A stretch of 64,000 nucleotides of DNA, from assembly GCF_003918875.1 (NCBI RefSeq), contig NW_025767509.1, positions 248,001 through 312,000 of the forward strand, given 5' to 3'. A model generated the notes under the pieces. The model was not told the origin of the DNA. It made no database searches and was given only the letters and a program-made list of their open reading frames with translations. A program made the position numbers and the translations under genes. Positions 49,680 through 62,270 of the stretch are shown here, one piece after another (the stretch's first letter is position 1; each line of letters starts with the position of its first letter). The stretch is from Haliotis rubra (lineage: Eukaryota).

Positions 49680-50165
49680 GGCATATTTGTCCTGAATGTC
49701 AATGATGTCATCGTATCGACTTTCTTCCAAAAAGTCAGGCAAAAAACGGAACACATTATGCTGCTTTTTACGTAATTACGCGATGATCTGGACACTCGCT
49801 GAGGGAAGGTGCGCTCTTTCAGCATGCCAATACGCAAGTGGAATTTCGTGGAATCCATGTGGGTTTTTTAATTAACAGCTCCCACTTTTGTACCTCAGAT
49901 TAACTCAGGCTCTCATCTGTTCACAAACATGCAGGAAACTATTGTCTGAGCAAATTTCGATTCGAATGATGAAGTCATAGTAGTTGCGGTAAAATGTCTG
50001 GATTGTCACAGGAAGGACAGAAAGTGGCATAAAATCCCACAATGGCCACGGAAATGTATCAGTGTGGATTGTGGCAAATTTTGTCATTGTATCCAGGGGA
50101 TTAGGTTCAAAAAATGTACGTACTTTAATATCGTCAGGCCTTTCTCTCTCGGATAGGCACAAAAC
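49680..50165 (-). pseudogene. Possible decayed exon with a death-fold-like domain
   Basis: Stitched frames: SDNSFLHVCEQM..KWELLIKK.HMDST..LKERTFPQRV.QIIA*LRKKQHNVFRFLPDFLEESRYDDII. Confidence 0.3.
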
Positions 50166-50750
50166 CTAGCAACCAAACGTAACACCTAACAACAAAATAC
50201 ACGTTCAGTTTCTTTCACTCCACCGTGAAACAGTGAGGGAATCAGGAGATCTGGTAATGACAAAGCATCTCATCTTTCATCGTCAGTTGTAGAGTTCGGG
50301 GAATGTAATCAAAGGCTGAAATCACGACCAACACATCAACTAATGATTCATTTGCACGTAACTCTCCGGTTAGAAATGCTGAAAAAAACGTAAAAGACTA
50401 TAAGTTAATCTTTACTTTTTCACCATGATTCAATTCCAGCTTTTGGTTAATTCCAGGCAACGGTAATGTTACATCTGTAGCGTATGAAATCAGCCAAATG
50501 AAAGTGGTGTTTTCTCGTTCACGTGAAACGATCGTAGGACTATGATCGTACTTTGGCCTCGTGGCCACAACCACACAACTTAGTACATTCTGAATATTAC
50601 TTATCCCATTTATTATTGTTATTTTAGTTGTATGCTATTTTATGTACATTCCCACTGTTCAATATACTCTATTTTTCCTTGTTATATGGTATATGTTTTG
50701 TCCCCATTTTGTTTGAAGCAGTTTTATGTTATATTTTCTTCTTCTTGATT

Positions 50751-50985
50751 AACCCGTGAAGATCCGGGTAAGAATTGACAAGTAACCCATGCTTGTCGTA
50801 AGAAGCGACTAACAAGATCGGGTGGTCAGGCTCACTGACTTGGTTAACACATGTCATCGTATTCCAATTGCGTAGATCGATGCTTATACTATTGATCACT
50901 TGATTGTCTGGCCCAGACTCGATTATTTACAGACTGCCACAAATAGCTGCAATATTGCTGAGTGCGACGTGAAACAGAACTCAAA
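50751..50985 (+). mobile_element. SINE family A
   Basis: Family match. Confidence 0.88.
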
Positions 50986-51784
50986 CAGTCGATCGATCTT
51001 ATTAATCAATAAAGAATTCAAACGGGTTCTTTCCCTTCTTATACAGTTTCCTCAATCATTTGAATTGATATTTTGGGCGGCTTTCTGTAAATAGTTCTCA
51101 TAAAGAATGGTATCCTAATGACCATTCAAAGGAGAATTGTTGTGTCTTGTTTCCCTGTTGGACACTCTATTTTGGCCACTTGACCACTGTCTTTAGCAAT
51201 TATCATAATTTCCTGTTTCTCAAAACATTTCTCATTAAGAATTCGTTTTCCCTCAGCTCAGCAATCGTCAAACTATATGACGGCGGTCTGTAAATACTTC
51301 TCATAAAGATTTAGCTTCCATAAACATTTCTTATCAAGAATTCATTTTATCTTAATTCTTGCTTGTTGCCGCATTCAGCAATATTCAAGCTACATGACGA
51401 CCAGCTGTAAATACTTGAGTCTGGACAAGACAATCCATAACATGACATCAAGACAATCAACATCAACATCAGTGATATATGCAACTGGTATTAGATGACA
51501 CGCATCAACCGAGTCAGAGAGCCTGACCACAAGACCCATGTAATCACCATTTAGGACAAGCAGAGGTTCGGGATGCTGGATATTAATTCCTACCAGCGAT
51601 CCCAACGCAGTGTTAAACTCGTTATTCCTGAATGAGAGACACTTAAAACCAGTTGGCGATCTAATCTGTAAAATGTACAGCTCGCTTCATATCCTCCGGT
51701 GGAGGAGGGAAGTGACACAGAACCTGTTAATTCCTCATGGCTGGCAACATTTTGGGGACGACTATCATTGTTGTTCACAATGAG

Positions 51785-51960
51785 AGGGGCGGTGGGGTAG
51801 CCTAATGGTTAAAGCGTTGGCTCGTCACGCCGAAGACCCGGGTTCGAATCCCCACATGGGTACAATGTGTGAAGCCCATTTCTGGTGTCCCCCGCCGTGA
51901 TGTTGCCTGAATATTGCTAAAAGCGGCGTAAAACCAAACTCAGTCGGTCAGTCAGTCAGT
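51785..51960 (+). mobile_element. SINE family B, young full-length reference copy (tRNA-like head)
   Basis: A box tagcctaatgg, B box ggttcgaatcc, TSD cacaatgaga, (agtc)n tail. Confidence 0.95.
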
Positions 51961-52354
51961 CACAATGAGAAATTGCCAAAAAAACACAACATTCTAGTCA
52001 GTTGTACTACCGCCCAATAGAAATTGCTATCAAGATTCAACCGTCAAATGTAGAGATCTCAAAAATCCACTTTTTGAAATATTGTGTAGTTCAATGCTGC
52101 CCTGGTCAATGATCCACCAACGCGGCTGTAGCTGAATACATGTAATCAAGTCTGGACCAATGGTTATGAATCCCAGTTGGGATACTGTGATACATAATGA
52201 ACCAAACCAGCAAGCACCAGTCGATTCATTGAGTCGTTTCAAATAAGCATAGGTTGCTGTTGACCTAATACCCAAGGGTTCAGAAAAATACTGCTCTTTA
52301 CATCAGCTACGAGAGAGGAAGGAAGCTCTTTAGACCCGGTTGATGCTTCAAAGC

Positions 52355-53500
52355 CTGTGTCACACCGTATTGAAGGTTATTACGATTAGGATGAATTAGA
52401 GGACGATTCAATCAGAAAACGACAACAAGTTCCAAATATAAGGATGACTAAACTTCACATTTCAATTCTACTTGGTGTGTACCATATATCAGTTCATGTC
52501 ATTTACACCCGTACAGTCACTAAAGGCTACAAAACCCATTTCCATTTTTATCAAAAGTATGTGTCAAACCGTATTGAAGGTTGTTACGATTAGGATGAAT
52601 TGGGGGAATATTCAATCAGAAAACGACAACAAGTTCCACATGTTATGACGATTAAACTTCACATTTCAATCCTACTTGGTGTGTACCTTCATTCCATATC
52701 ACTCGAATCCTGAAGGATCTCCACTGGCTTCCAGTGCAGATCAGGATTACTTTCAAGATCTTCTGCTTAGCCCACCAGTGTCTGTCCAGCGACGCTCCAG
52801 GCTACCTACAGGACCTCCTGCCTATCTACACTCCTCCTCGATCCCTACGCTCTGAGTCCAAGCTTCTGTGTCGCATTCCCAACATCAAGACATTCTCATA
52901 TGCACCGACATCCGCGTGGAACAGCCTCCCAGAATCAATCAGAAGATCTCCAGAAGTCAGACGTCATCTCAAGACCTATCTCTTTCAACAGCTCTAAATT
53001 CTTTTTATTTGACTGTACGCTTCGAGCATGCATCAAGCATGGAGTAATGCGCAATACAAGTGGCCTATTATTATTATTCCATATGTCAGTTCATGTCATT
53101 TACATCCGCACCAAGATATGGTCACTAAAGGCAAAACCCATTTCCATTTTTACCAAAAGCCAGTGTCACACCGTATTGAAGGTTGTTACGATTAGGATGA
53201 ATTGGAGGACTATTCAATCAGAAAACGACAACATGTTCCAAATATTAGGATAACTAAACTTCACATTTCAATTCTACTTGGTTTGTACCATATATCAGTT
53301 CATATCATTTACATCCGCACCAATATATGGTCACTAAAGGCTACAAAACCCATTTCCATTTTTATTAAAAGTCTGTGTCAAACCGTATTGAAGGTTGTTA
53401 CGATTAGGATGTATTCGAGGACTGTTCAAGTAGAAGAAGGACAGGTACTGCATATTATGACGATTAAACTCGACACATCAATCCTTTTTGTTTGGTGACT
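52355..53500 (+). repeat. Tandem repeat of about 205-210 bp (about 4 copies) interrupted by an L2 fragment
   Basis: accgtattgaaggttgttacgattaggatg recurs at about 52364, 52568, 53170 and 53382. Confidence 0.9.
52688..53078 (+). mobile_element. L2/CR1-clade LINE 3' fragment
   Basis: LKDLHWLPVQIRITFKI..APGYLQDLL..YTPPRSLRS..FSYA..AWNSLPESIR..HLKTYLF, the canonical L2 ORF2 end; (tat)n tail. Confidence 0.92.
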
Positions 53501-53571
53501 TCATTCTATATTCCAGTTCCTGTCATTTGCATCCTTACCAGTCAATACAGATGACAAAACCCATTTCAATG

Positions 53572-53761
53572 AACCCGTGAAGGTCCCGGTTAGAATATTG
53601 ATCCTCAGTAACCCATGCTTGTCGCAAGAGGCGACAAACGGGATCGGGTGGTCAGGCTCGCTGACTTGGTTGACACAAGACATCGGTTCCCAATTGCGCA
53701 GATCGATGCCATATAGCTGGAATATTGCTGAGTGCGGCGTGAAACTAAATTCACTCACTCA
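53572..53761 (+). mobile_element. SINE family A with an internal deletion
   Basis: TSD ccatttcaatga. Confidence 0.9.
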
Positions 53762-53869
53762 CCATTTCAATGATTATGGAACTCTACCATCGCACCCTTA
53801 TACGGATCCGAGTGTGTCATAAGCAGGTGTTTATTAACACTATTGATAACAGTATTGATATAAGATTTT

Positions 53870-53916
53870 CGGGGTGAACGTTTCGTGCCCATCGGTGGCA
53901 CTCGTCAGAAACCCAA
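53870..53916 (-). ncRNA. Minimal type I hammerhead ribozyme-like motif (Penelope-type)
   Basis: Minus strand gggttt-CTGACGA-gtgcc-accgatg-ggcac-GAAAC-gtt-caccc; aataaa about 40 nt downstream. Confidence 0.65.
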
Positions 53917-56900
53917 CGGGAACATGTATTGCACGTCAAAATAGATAACAGCATCGAATATCATACATCATTACAAATAACTGACTTCCAATTCCTCTTC
54001 TACTCAAAAGGAGAGTAGGACAAGGCAACCTTTTGAGGAACCGATCCCATGCTAATACAACTCAAAATTGAAATTCAAATACAACCTCGGGCACATCGGC
54101 CATGTTGCACTTGCTTTTGTCTGTGTGTTGAACAGGCATTCTACCATGACTTCAGTAAATACTGGATTGTGATTGGTTAATTAAAGCCATTCAGAGGTTT
54201 TAAAATCACGTTTTATACCTCTGATTTTCCAACACAGTATGTATTTTTTTTTATGTTAATGATGCGGTTATGGTAGAATGGAGATGAACGTACTGTGTTG
54301 GAAAATCCGAGGTATATAATAGCTCTATTTTTTATTTAAAGCGTTCGGTTTTAAATCAAATTTAGAGCTATTATAATTTTGTTGTATACCTCTGATTTTC
54401 CAACACAGTATGTGTATCACCTAATTAACATATCAATAAGCCATACACATGTATCAGCCTCCGGAGACCTTGTCTGGCTCTTGCAAGTTACTAGTTTTGT
54501 CAGCAATATTACCATCAACATTCTTGTCACCAACGCAATGTGACAGCTCAATTTAACATGGTTGACATTGTTTATCCAATTGTCCTACCATTTCCGCAAT
54601 ATGGACAAGGCCAGACATCATGCAAATTATATTGTATAGAACATCCTGTCAACAACGTTAATGAGCTGTCGTTGCCAACGAACACGCCCCTCGGGGATGT
54701 CATAGATAGCGTGATGGACAGGTAACCAACATGAACTGACCAAGACTTAGTGCCCGTTAGAATAATGGCGACATAACCCGTGTGACGTCATTAGACTACT
54801 GACTGTTCCTAGGCGCTGGATGGCTTTTGCTGTCTTCTGGCATTGATGGTCATTCACGCTATTTATGTGACTTGTCATTGAACTTCAGCCATTTTAGATG
54901 TTTGTGCCCCAAGGCCATTATTTTGAAGTATTTTTTGCTACCTATAATCAGTACAAGTACTTATTGTATGATTATTAAATGTCACTTTCGAGATTTTGAC
55001 ATTTTCAATACGTTATGTTGCATTCTATTTCTTTTGTGTTTTGTAAACTAGGAAAATTTACTTCTTTTACCTGTCAGTTTCTTTCAAATATCTTAAAGAA
55101 TGTTTAATTTGACCAAGGTTATTTCTTTTTCAAAGAAACTTAAATATCAAAATAGATAAAGCAGGGGTTGTCGACCCACTATATCAATGAAAAGTATCAT
55201 TTAACTCGAGAGAGTTTGAATGTCTGATGGTCTTTTACGCTATTTGTGTGCCTTGTCTTTGAAAGTGAGAAATTTTGGATGTCTTTGCCCTTTGTTCATT
55301 ACTTTGAAAGCTTATATTTGCTACCCCATCTCAACACGGGCATCACTGCCAGAATTGATGCCATTATACCATTATGCTATGGTCCGGACGCACCCAGAAA
55401 GAAATATAGGATAATTGTCATTTGAACCCACAATCACAGGTTTCTGGCCTGACAAAGGGACGCAACACACACGACATGGCCACCAGTCTCCCGGTAATCA
55501 TTTAGAACAGCTGCATTATATCTCACTTGCCCAGCATTATAATACCGGCACACAGGCAGAAACACGCACGCACGCACGCACGCACGCACACACACACATA
55601 CACCTGTATCACCTAAGCCCGTGATTGGCTACACCATGGTGATGACCTAGTTTCGGATTATGGCGGACTACTTTCCTAATTGAATTAATTGATAAGTTAT
55701 TCGTGCTTCAATCGAACAGAAACCTGCTAGTCGTGGCAAACACTTTTACACCTACCTGTTATTTTCGCGATTGTAACATAAACAAGTATTTATACAACAG
55801 ATCACTATTAAAACAAATATAACACGAATGTAGTTTCTAATTGCCTTATAAAAAAAATAAAAAATTCTTTTGATTGTAGTCATGAATTCAAAATGGTAGT
55901 CAGTGATACCTGTGTAAACAATTATGTGAGTATCGCCGTTAGCGATAAAAGCCGCTTCCGCTCGTTAAAAGTACGTTTTGAAACAACTCGTTGTAAAATA
56001 AAATGGTATGTGCCAGACACTCGTTTAGTAATCTCTATATACTCTGTGTATGCCTGACTGGCAAAACACTCCGACCAGTGGATTAACCAGTGTGTAAATT
56101 CGAATTTTATGGTTTGAAAAGTTGGTCACACGTTGCTGACTGGATTTGCTAATTTTGAACTGAATTGTCAAGCATGCATTCTTTACACATATCCTAAAGA
56201 AAAGGAATGAGTGTCACGTGATCAGGTCCCAATTACGAGGCCTGTGATACATGGTCATTAAGAGTTACAAGTATGTGTTTCACTCCTACCATTGCTCGAT
56301 GATGCTGGTATCGTTTGCTTCAGTAGTCGACCTACCTTAGAATCCCGACAACTATTATTTACTGACAAGGTCAAACATGCCGAATTTCCTCTATTTTTTC
56401 GTATCGAAAACCGACTTAATGCTCTGGAGAGACAATGGGATATATGTAAATGCGTCTTCCTGTAAAGAGTGTCCACACATGAAGTGCTTATCTCTTGATC
56501 TGAGCTTCTGGTGACACGGGGACGTCTGCAGGTGTTACAGATACTGCTATCACCGCTCAACATCTGCTGTACAGGGGCAAACAGCAAGGCAGCACATTAT
56601 GATATCAGTCGACACATTTATCTTCTTAGAGATCCACCAGGTCATGTTAAATGGGGGACGGGGATAGGGTGGGATGGGGAAAGGTGATGGAGGGGGAGAT
56701 GGGCGTAGTTGGAGGTTGGGGATGGGATTAATATGAAAAATGATTTGTCCAAGATAATGCTCTGACGAAATATACTATTTAGCGTTAAGGAATACAAACT
56801 ACTTAAATATATCCTGTCAGTGTTCTTAGTTTATCAGCTGAATTTAACCTGTTTATAAAACCTTGACTACAAGTACAGAAATCCACATTGCATATCTCAC

Positions 56901-56917
56901 GGTGTGTGTATGTTTAG

Positions 56918-57034
56918 ATCTACATGTACACCCCTAGGCAATCTATCTACATGTACACCCCTAGGCAATCTATCTACATGTACACCCCTAGGCAAACTAT
57001 CTACATGTACACCCCTAGGCAATCTATCTACATG
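56918..57034 (+). repeat. 27-bp tandem repeat (atctacatgtacacccctaggcaatct) x4
   Basis: Direct observation. Confidence 0.95.
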
Positions 57035-57696
57035 TTATTATTCACAATCTAAAATATCGTAGAGAGATATTCATCCAAACTCAGGAATATTTTCCATACG
57101 AAACTTAATGCAATGATATCCAACATAATCCTACGTAAATAGATCGTAGTAACAGCATTATCTAATTCTGATTTGTATCAGAGAATCATGCTAACTAATA
57201 GATAGTGCCTTCGAAGAGATAAGTTTTCCCGTTTCAAGCCATTTCCAGAGAAGAAGAAGTGTAGAGATTTCTATTTGAGTAAAAAAATGAACTCGTTAAG
57301 CGGATAACAAAGTTGACTTTCGTGGAGGGACCGGATTACATGCTAAAGAGTAATCAATATTTAGATTTAATTGCAAAGTCAATAAAAACAGTCAATTGAC
57401 GCTGATTGATCATTGATGCAGTAACATTATGAGATTTTAATATAGATTATTTCAGCATGAATATCTCTTTTATTTAGATAATGTAAAATCTACATGCGGT
57501 CCTCGGGAAGGATTACAGAAAATTCTATAACGCTGATCGATTTGGCACTGGTGTCTAGCTCAACCGTGTTTTAATCAGGTATTTTGTCATATTTAGATCG
57601 GTCTTTAGAAAATAAAAATAAAAAAACTTTAAAATGAAAATATATAACCAAATATAAATAAACACGGATCTTCAGCAACCAATGCATGTAGTAAGA

Positions 57697-58672
57697 GTGA
57701 GTGAGTTAAGAATTAACGTCACATCGGCAATATTTCAGCCATATCGTGACGAGAACATATTTGACATTGAAATGGAATATGTGTACATTATATGAACCTG
57801 TCGTCAAAGGACAGTAAAACAACTAGAATATCACAAATAGAATTAAAACTAGCGTAGAAAGCACTATTTGGACAATACAATATAAAAAACAGGCTATAGA
57901 TCTCCAACAACTGAAGGTAGATTTACACCATCCCTTCAGCTGTTGGCGAATGTAAGAAATGTTAGTCAACATTAAAATAACAAGAATACTGCGTTTAAAA
58001 ATCCTGGTAAGTTTAAATTGACTTACGTACCCTCTCAGGAGGACAATAATTTTACAATACTTCAACCCCCCCCCCTCCCCCCTTGGGTGTACAGCCACTA
58101 ACAACCTGAGTTATTAATTTAAACTTCCAATCATAAAATATTTATCTATTTACAAATCAGTTAACAAATCTAACTCTTTTAAAAATTCAACTATTAAATG
58201 AGAACTTTTATTTTTAAAAAGATCCTTCATAGTTCGTGATTTGAAATAGATATCCCTTGTGATGGAATATTCAATACAGTCAAGCAGGACATGCTTGACC
58301 GTGATTCTTTCATCACAAGGGATACAAAACGGAGGATCCTCACCTTTCAATAGGTATTCATGAGTATATCTGGTGTGGCCAATACGACATCGTCGTATGA
58401 TGACCTCTTCAAATCTGGACTGACAACCCAAGTAGGTGTAACCGATAGTTGGTTTTATTGCATGTAATTTATTGATACCTACTTGGGTGTCCCACTTCTT
58501 TTGCATCAGATCACGGATGTAATTAATATAAGTTCTTATGCTAGCTTTGTAATCAGAGTATGGAATAAGAAGTGGTGTCACAGATTTATTGAGTGCTGCC
58601 TTGGCAGCAAAATCGGCCATTGTGTTCCCGGAGATGCCAACGTGGCTGGGTAACCAACAGAAGACGATGTCG
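57697..58672 (-). mobile_element. 5'-truncated I/Nimb-clade LINE (end of RNase H, C-terminal Cys/His motif, 3' UTR), inserted in a SINE-A
   Basis: DIVFCWLPSHVGISGNTMADFAAK (RNase H); RIGHTRYTH..CIPCDERITVKHVLLDC; (actc)n tail; 14-bp TSD gcatgtagtaagag. Confidence 0.93.
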
Positions 58673-59705
58673 GCATGTAGTAAGAGGCGACTGATGGCAT
58701 CAGCATGGTCAGGCTCTCAGACATGGTTGGCACGTCATCGTATCCCAATTCCGTAGATCGATCCTCATGCTGTTGATTACATGTCCAGATTCGATTACTT
58801 ACAGACCACCGCGATATAGCTGGCATATTGCAGAGTGTCGTGTTAACAACAAACAAACACACAAAATGCAGATCGCCAGGTAAGGAAAGAACAAGTACCA
58901 TCTTTCAATCTAGTTTTTAATATAGGACCACCAACCTCTCACTCTTTTGACTGAATCACAAAACGGTTTCCCAGGGGGCAAACCAATCCATGATCACACG
59001 TACACATAGACCATGTATACGGAAACTGTAAATATAACCCATGTTATGATCACAGAATAATGTTTACAACATTTAAATGCTATTAACTTTGCCAACAGTT
59101 TTAACTACCGTGATTGTATTTATTTTGATAATAAAAAGAACTTGCGGTGGGACAATATAACCAAGGTCAAATTCAACATGTGTTTGAAAGAAACTGACGG
59201 CGAAAATAGACTTTACCCAAGCTCTACGTTCATCTGGTTTAAAAAGCACAAACGAAAGATGCATGAAATTACATCTGATCGAAATCAACAATCATACATA
59301 AAATGCTGGAACTGAGCCTTCAATGAAACAGGCGAGTGGGCACCCACGTCTAAAACTTCTCAATGTCAATGACAAGTGAATAGCCTGCAGGAGCACTCCA
59401 TGCTGCAACACAGCAAAACCCCTCTGGCGCATAGAAAATGTCAGTCGTCTGATGACGTCACATGGGATATGTCGCCTTGATCAGTTCATGTTGTGTGGCT
59501 GGAAGATGTTGTCGCTGTCCAACAGGCGAGCCATGGTGTCCTAGAGGTGTTAAGTGGGTAACGTGTCTGGTGAGTGTGGGGGCCAGCGCAACACTTTGAC
59601 GTTGGTCCAAGTTCAAATAGAAGCCAGTGACTTGTAATGACTGTGATGAACGTTGAACAATTCGATGAACAAGTAACCATAGTTTTGGGACGGTTGCCCT
59701 TATAG

Positions 59706-59876
59706 GACTGACTGACTCACTGAGTTTGGTTTTACGCCGCTTTTAGAAATATTCCAGCTACATCACGGCGGGGGAACACCAGAAATGGGCTTCACACATT
59801 GTACCCATGTTGGGATTCGAACCGGGTCTTCGGCCTTACGAGCCAACGCTTTAACCACTAGGCTACCCCACCGCCC
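59706..59876 (-). mobile_element. SINE family B, full length
   Basis: Family match. Confidence 0.92.
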
Positions 59877-60166
59877 CTCCTTAAAGGACAGGATACGTTC
59901 GCCCATTTCGCGAACACCAGGTATCAATATTATTCATAGTGATCCAAAAACACAGGCTGACGATACACTCGAATTCGTACAAGGGACTGTGCTTATGTAA
60001 GCATAAGCATTGAAAATGGCTTTGTCGATTTTAATGACTAGTAAGATTGTAAATAATAGGAACTGGCATATAGTGAGGGAGTGAGTTCAGTTTTACGCCA
60101 CTTTTAGCAATATTTCAGCAACATCACGGCAGAGGACACCAAATATGGGCTTCTCACTTTGTGCCC

Positions 60167-60300
60167 TAGACTAATGCCCCAGGGAGACCACAGAATCAGA
60201 ACCTGGGGAAATCTAGACTTGTTTTATTGAGGGCTTTGGCACTGCAGAGAGGCTTGGCAGTAGGGAAAATAATGTCGTTCAGGGACTGTGAGACAGACTA
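60167..60300. mobile_element. 134-bp non-autonomous DNA element inserted in a SINE-B
   Basis: TAG...CTA ends; perfect 9-bp TSD tttgtgccc. Confidence 0.75.
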
Positions 60301-60685
60301 TTTGTGCCCATGTGGACTGGTATATAGAGTGGAGGCATCAACCATGTAGAATTGATGTGTGAGGTTTAATCATTATTATATTCGGTATCAGTTGTCATGT
60401 CCTCTTTGGATAGTCGATCAATTCCTCAAGTAATCTGTACGCGGAAGCATCAACAGGGTCTAAAGCGTTTCCCTCATCTCAAACAGCTGATATAAAGAGC
60501 AGCATGTTTCGCAGATCCCTTCCTTGGACATTAGGTCACCAGTCACCCACGCCTGCTAGTAACGACTAAATGGATCAACTGGTACGTAGTGGTTTGGATG
60601 ATTATATATCCACGTTCCACAAATGGGCTTCATAACCATTGGTCGAGACCTAATTATTGAACGACAGTCCTAATGGTTGAATATT

Positions 60686-60810
60686 GACTGACTGACTGAG
60701 TTTGGTTTTACGCCGCTTTTAGCAATATTCCAGCAACATCACGGCGGGGGACACCAGAAATGGGCTTCACACATTGTACCCATGTTGGGATTCGAACCCG
60801 GGTCTTCGGT
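60686..60810 (-). mobile_element. SINE family B, 5'-truncated
   Basis: Family match. Confidence 0.9.
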
Positions 60811-61878
60811 TGTTTGAATATCGACCACTGCGGCACTGGAATTCGCAGCATTTCATACAGTGCAGTTCTAAGATCTCTTCACATGTGGAGTAAAACAAGG
60901 TACAAATAACCCTTTCTAGAAAAATTCACACTTGTATGTACAAGATGAGCAACAATCAATGTAGTGGTCCTAATGTCGCCATCTATGAAGAATTAACAGC
61001 GTCTGAATCACGTCCCTCCTCCGTCAGGGGCTTTAGAGCGAGAACTTACAGATTAGATAGGCGACCGATAATTAGTATCTTGCAGCGAGTTTAGCAACTC
61101 AGTTGGGATTTCTGGTTGGGATTCCTTGTAAGTAGTAACCCCCAGGAACCTCTGCTTGTTATTAAGGCGACTAAATGGATCGTGGTCTGGCTCTCTGACT
61201 TGCTTGATTCGTGTCATGGTGTCCCAGTTGTGTAAATCAGCGATGACACTGTCATTTTTGTGGCGAGTCTGGCTTTTGGAAAAAACTTTGATAGATATAT
61301 GTGATCAGGGTCTATAAATCACTCGTTTGAATCCCAGACACACACTAATTATGTGTCAAGAATATTCTGGCATCAAACCCATACCTGATGCAACCAGGCG
61401 GCCATAACAGAAGATATGTGATACTTGGGGACTTCAACTTAATCTGACCCTTTGTGGTATATGTGCAAATGTCCAACGCGGGGCTTTGTAGTCAGTTCGA
61501 ATCAACACTTCAAATTGTATGGTCAATTCCCAGAGAGAGAATGTAACATGCGATGATGGAAGTCACCCATTCACAACAGACCCCCATCAGCATTAGAAAT
61601 GGTCCCAAGGAACCTGTGCATGTGTGTAAATGGTGAGGAACTTCATCAGATGGTCAGGTTTCCTAACTTTGTTGACGCATGTTATCATGTCCTAATTACG
61701 TGGATGATATCAATCACTAGCTAGTCTGATCCACGCATTATTTACAATCAACTCTTATATTGCTAGAATTCTGCTGAGTGCGATTTTAAAAAAAGATACT
61801 GGAGCCAAGGATCGAGTGTCAAACTCTCAACTTGTCAAACTCTCAAGTGTCTGAATGCAAGGCAAAGTGTCTGAAAAG

Positions 61879-62270
61879 TATACTATCCCAAAAAAGAAAC
61901 GCATTGGCGATTTGTAATTTTATATAAAGTTTGTATAACAAATGACCGTCCCCGTACAGGCAGACCTAGAGTCACCACCGCAGCTCAAGAGTGGTACATC
62001 CGGGTACTACATTTGCGTGATCGTATTGCCACGGGTGAGAGCACAGCAGCCAGGGTGCCTGGGCTTTGGAGGATATCCAGTCAAACTGTACAGAACAGGT
62101 TGAGAAAGATTGGCCAGAAGCCCCGACGTCGGGACCCTTCTACGTCGTCACCATGGCGCTAAAGTGATGTAAAAATTCATGTACTAACGTCTTGTGGACG
62201 AGTTATACATGATTGAAAATACAACATTTTCACAACAGATTTCTGGGTCCTCTTTTTTAATATTATATAT
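61879..62270 (+). mobile_element. Internally deleted Tc1/mariner element
   Basis: Frame from about 61941: NDRPRTGRPRVTTAAQEWYIRVLHLRDR..ISSQTVQNRLRKIGQKPRR (GRPR plus second HTH); left end tatactatcccaaaaaagaaacgca. Confidence 0.85.

Noticed and set aside
51785-51860. tRNA gene
   Set aside because: Head of a dispersed SINE that continues into body and tail and has a TSD; the same applies to all family B and C heads
52355-53500. EF-hand-like DKNGNGF in the minus translation of the 207-bp repeat
   Set aside because: Immediately followed by stops conserved across units; no sustained frame
54215-54410. 26-bp motif in direct-inverted-direct arrangement (tatacctctgattttccaacacagta)
   Set aside because: Most likely collapsed MITE termini; no TSD or boundaries could be defined
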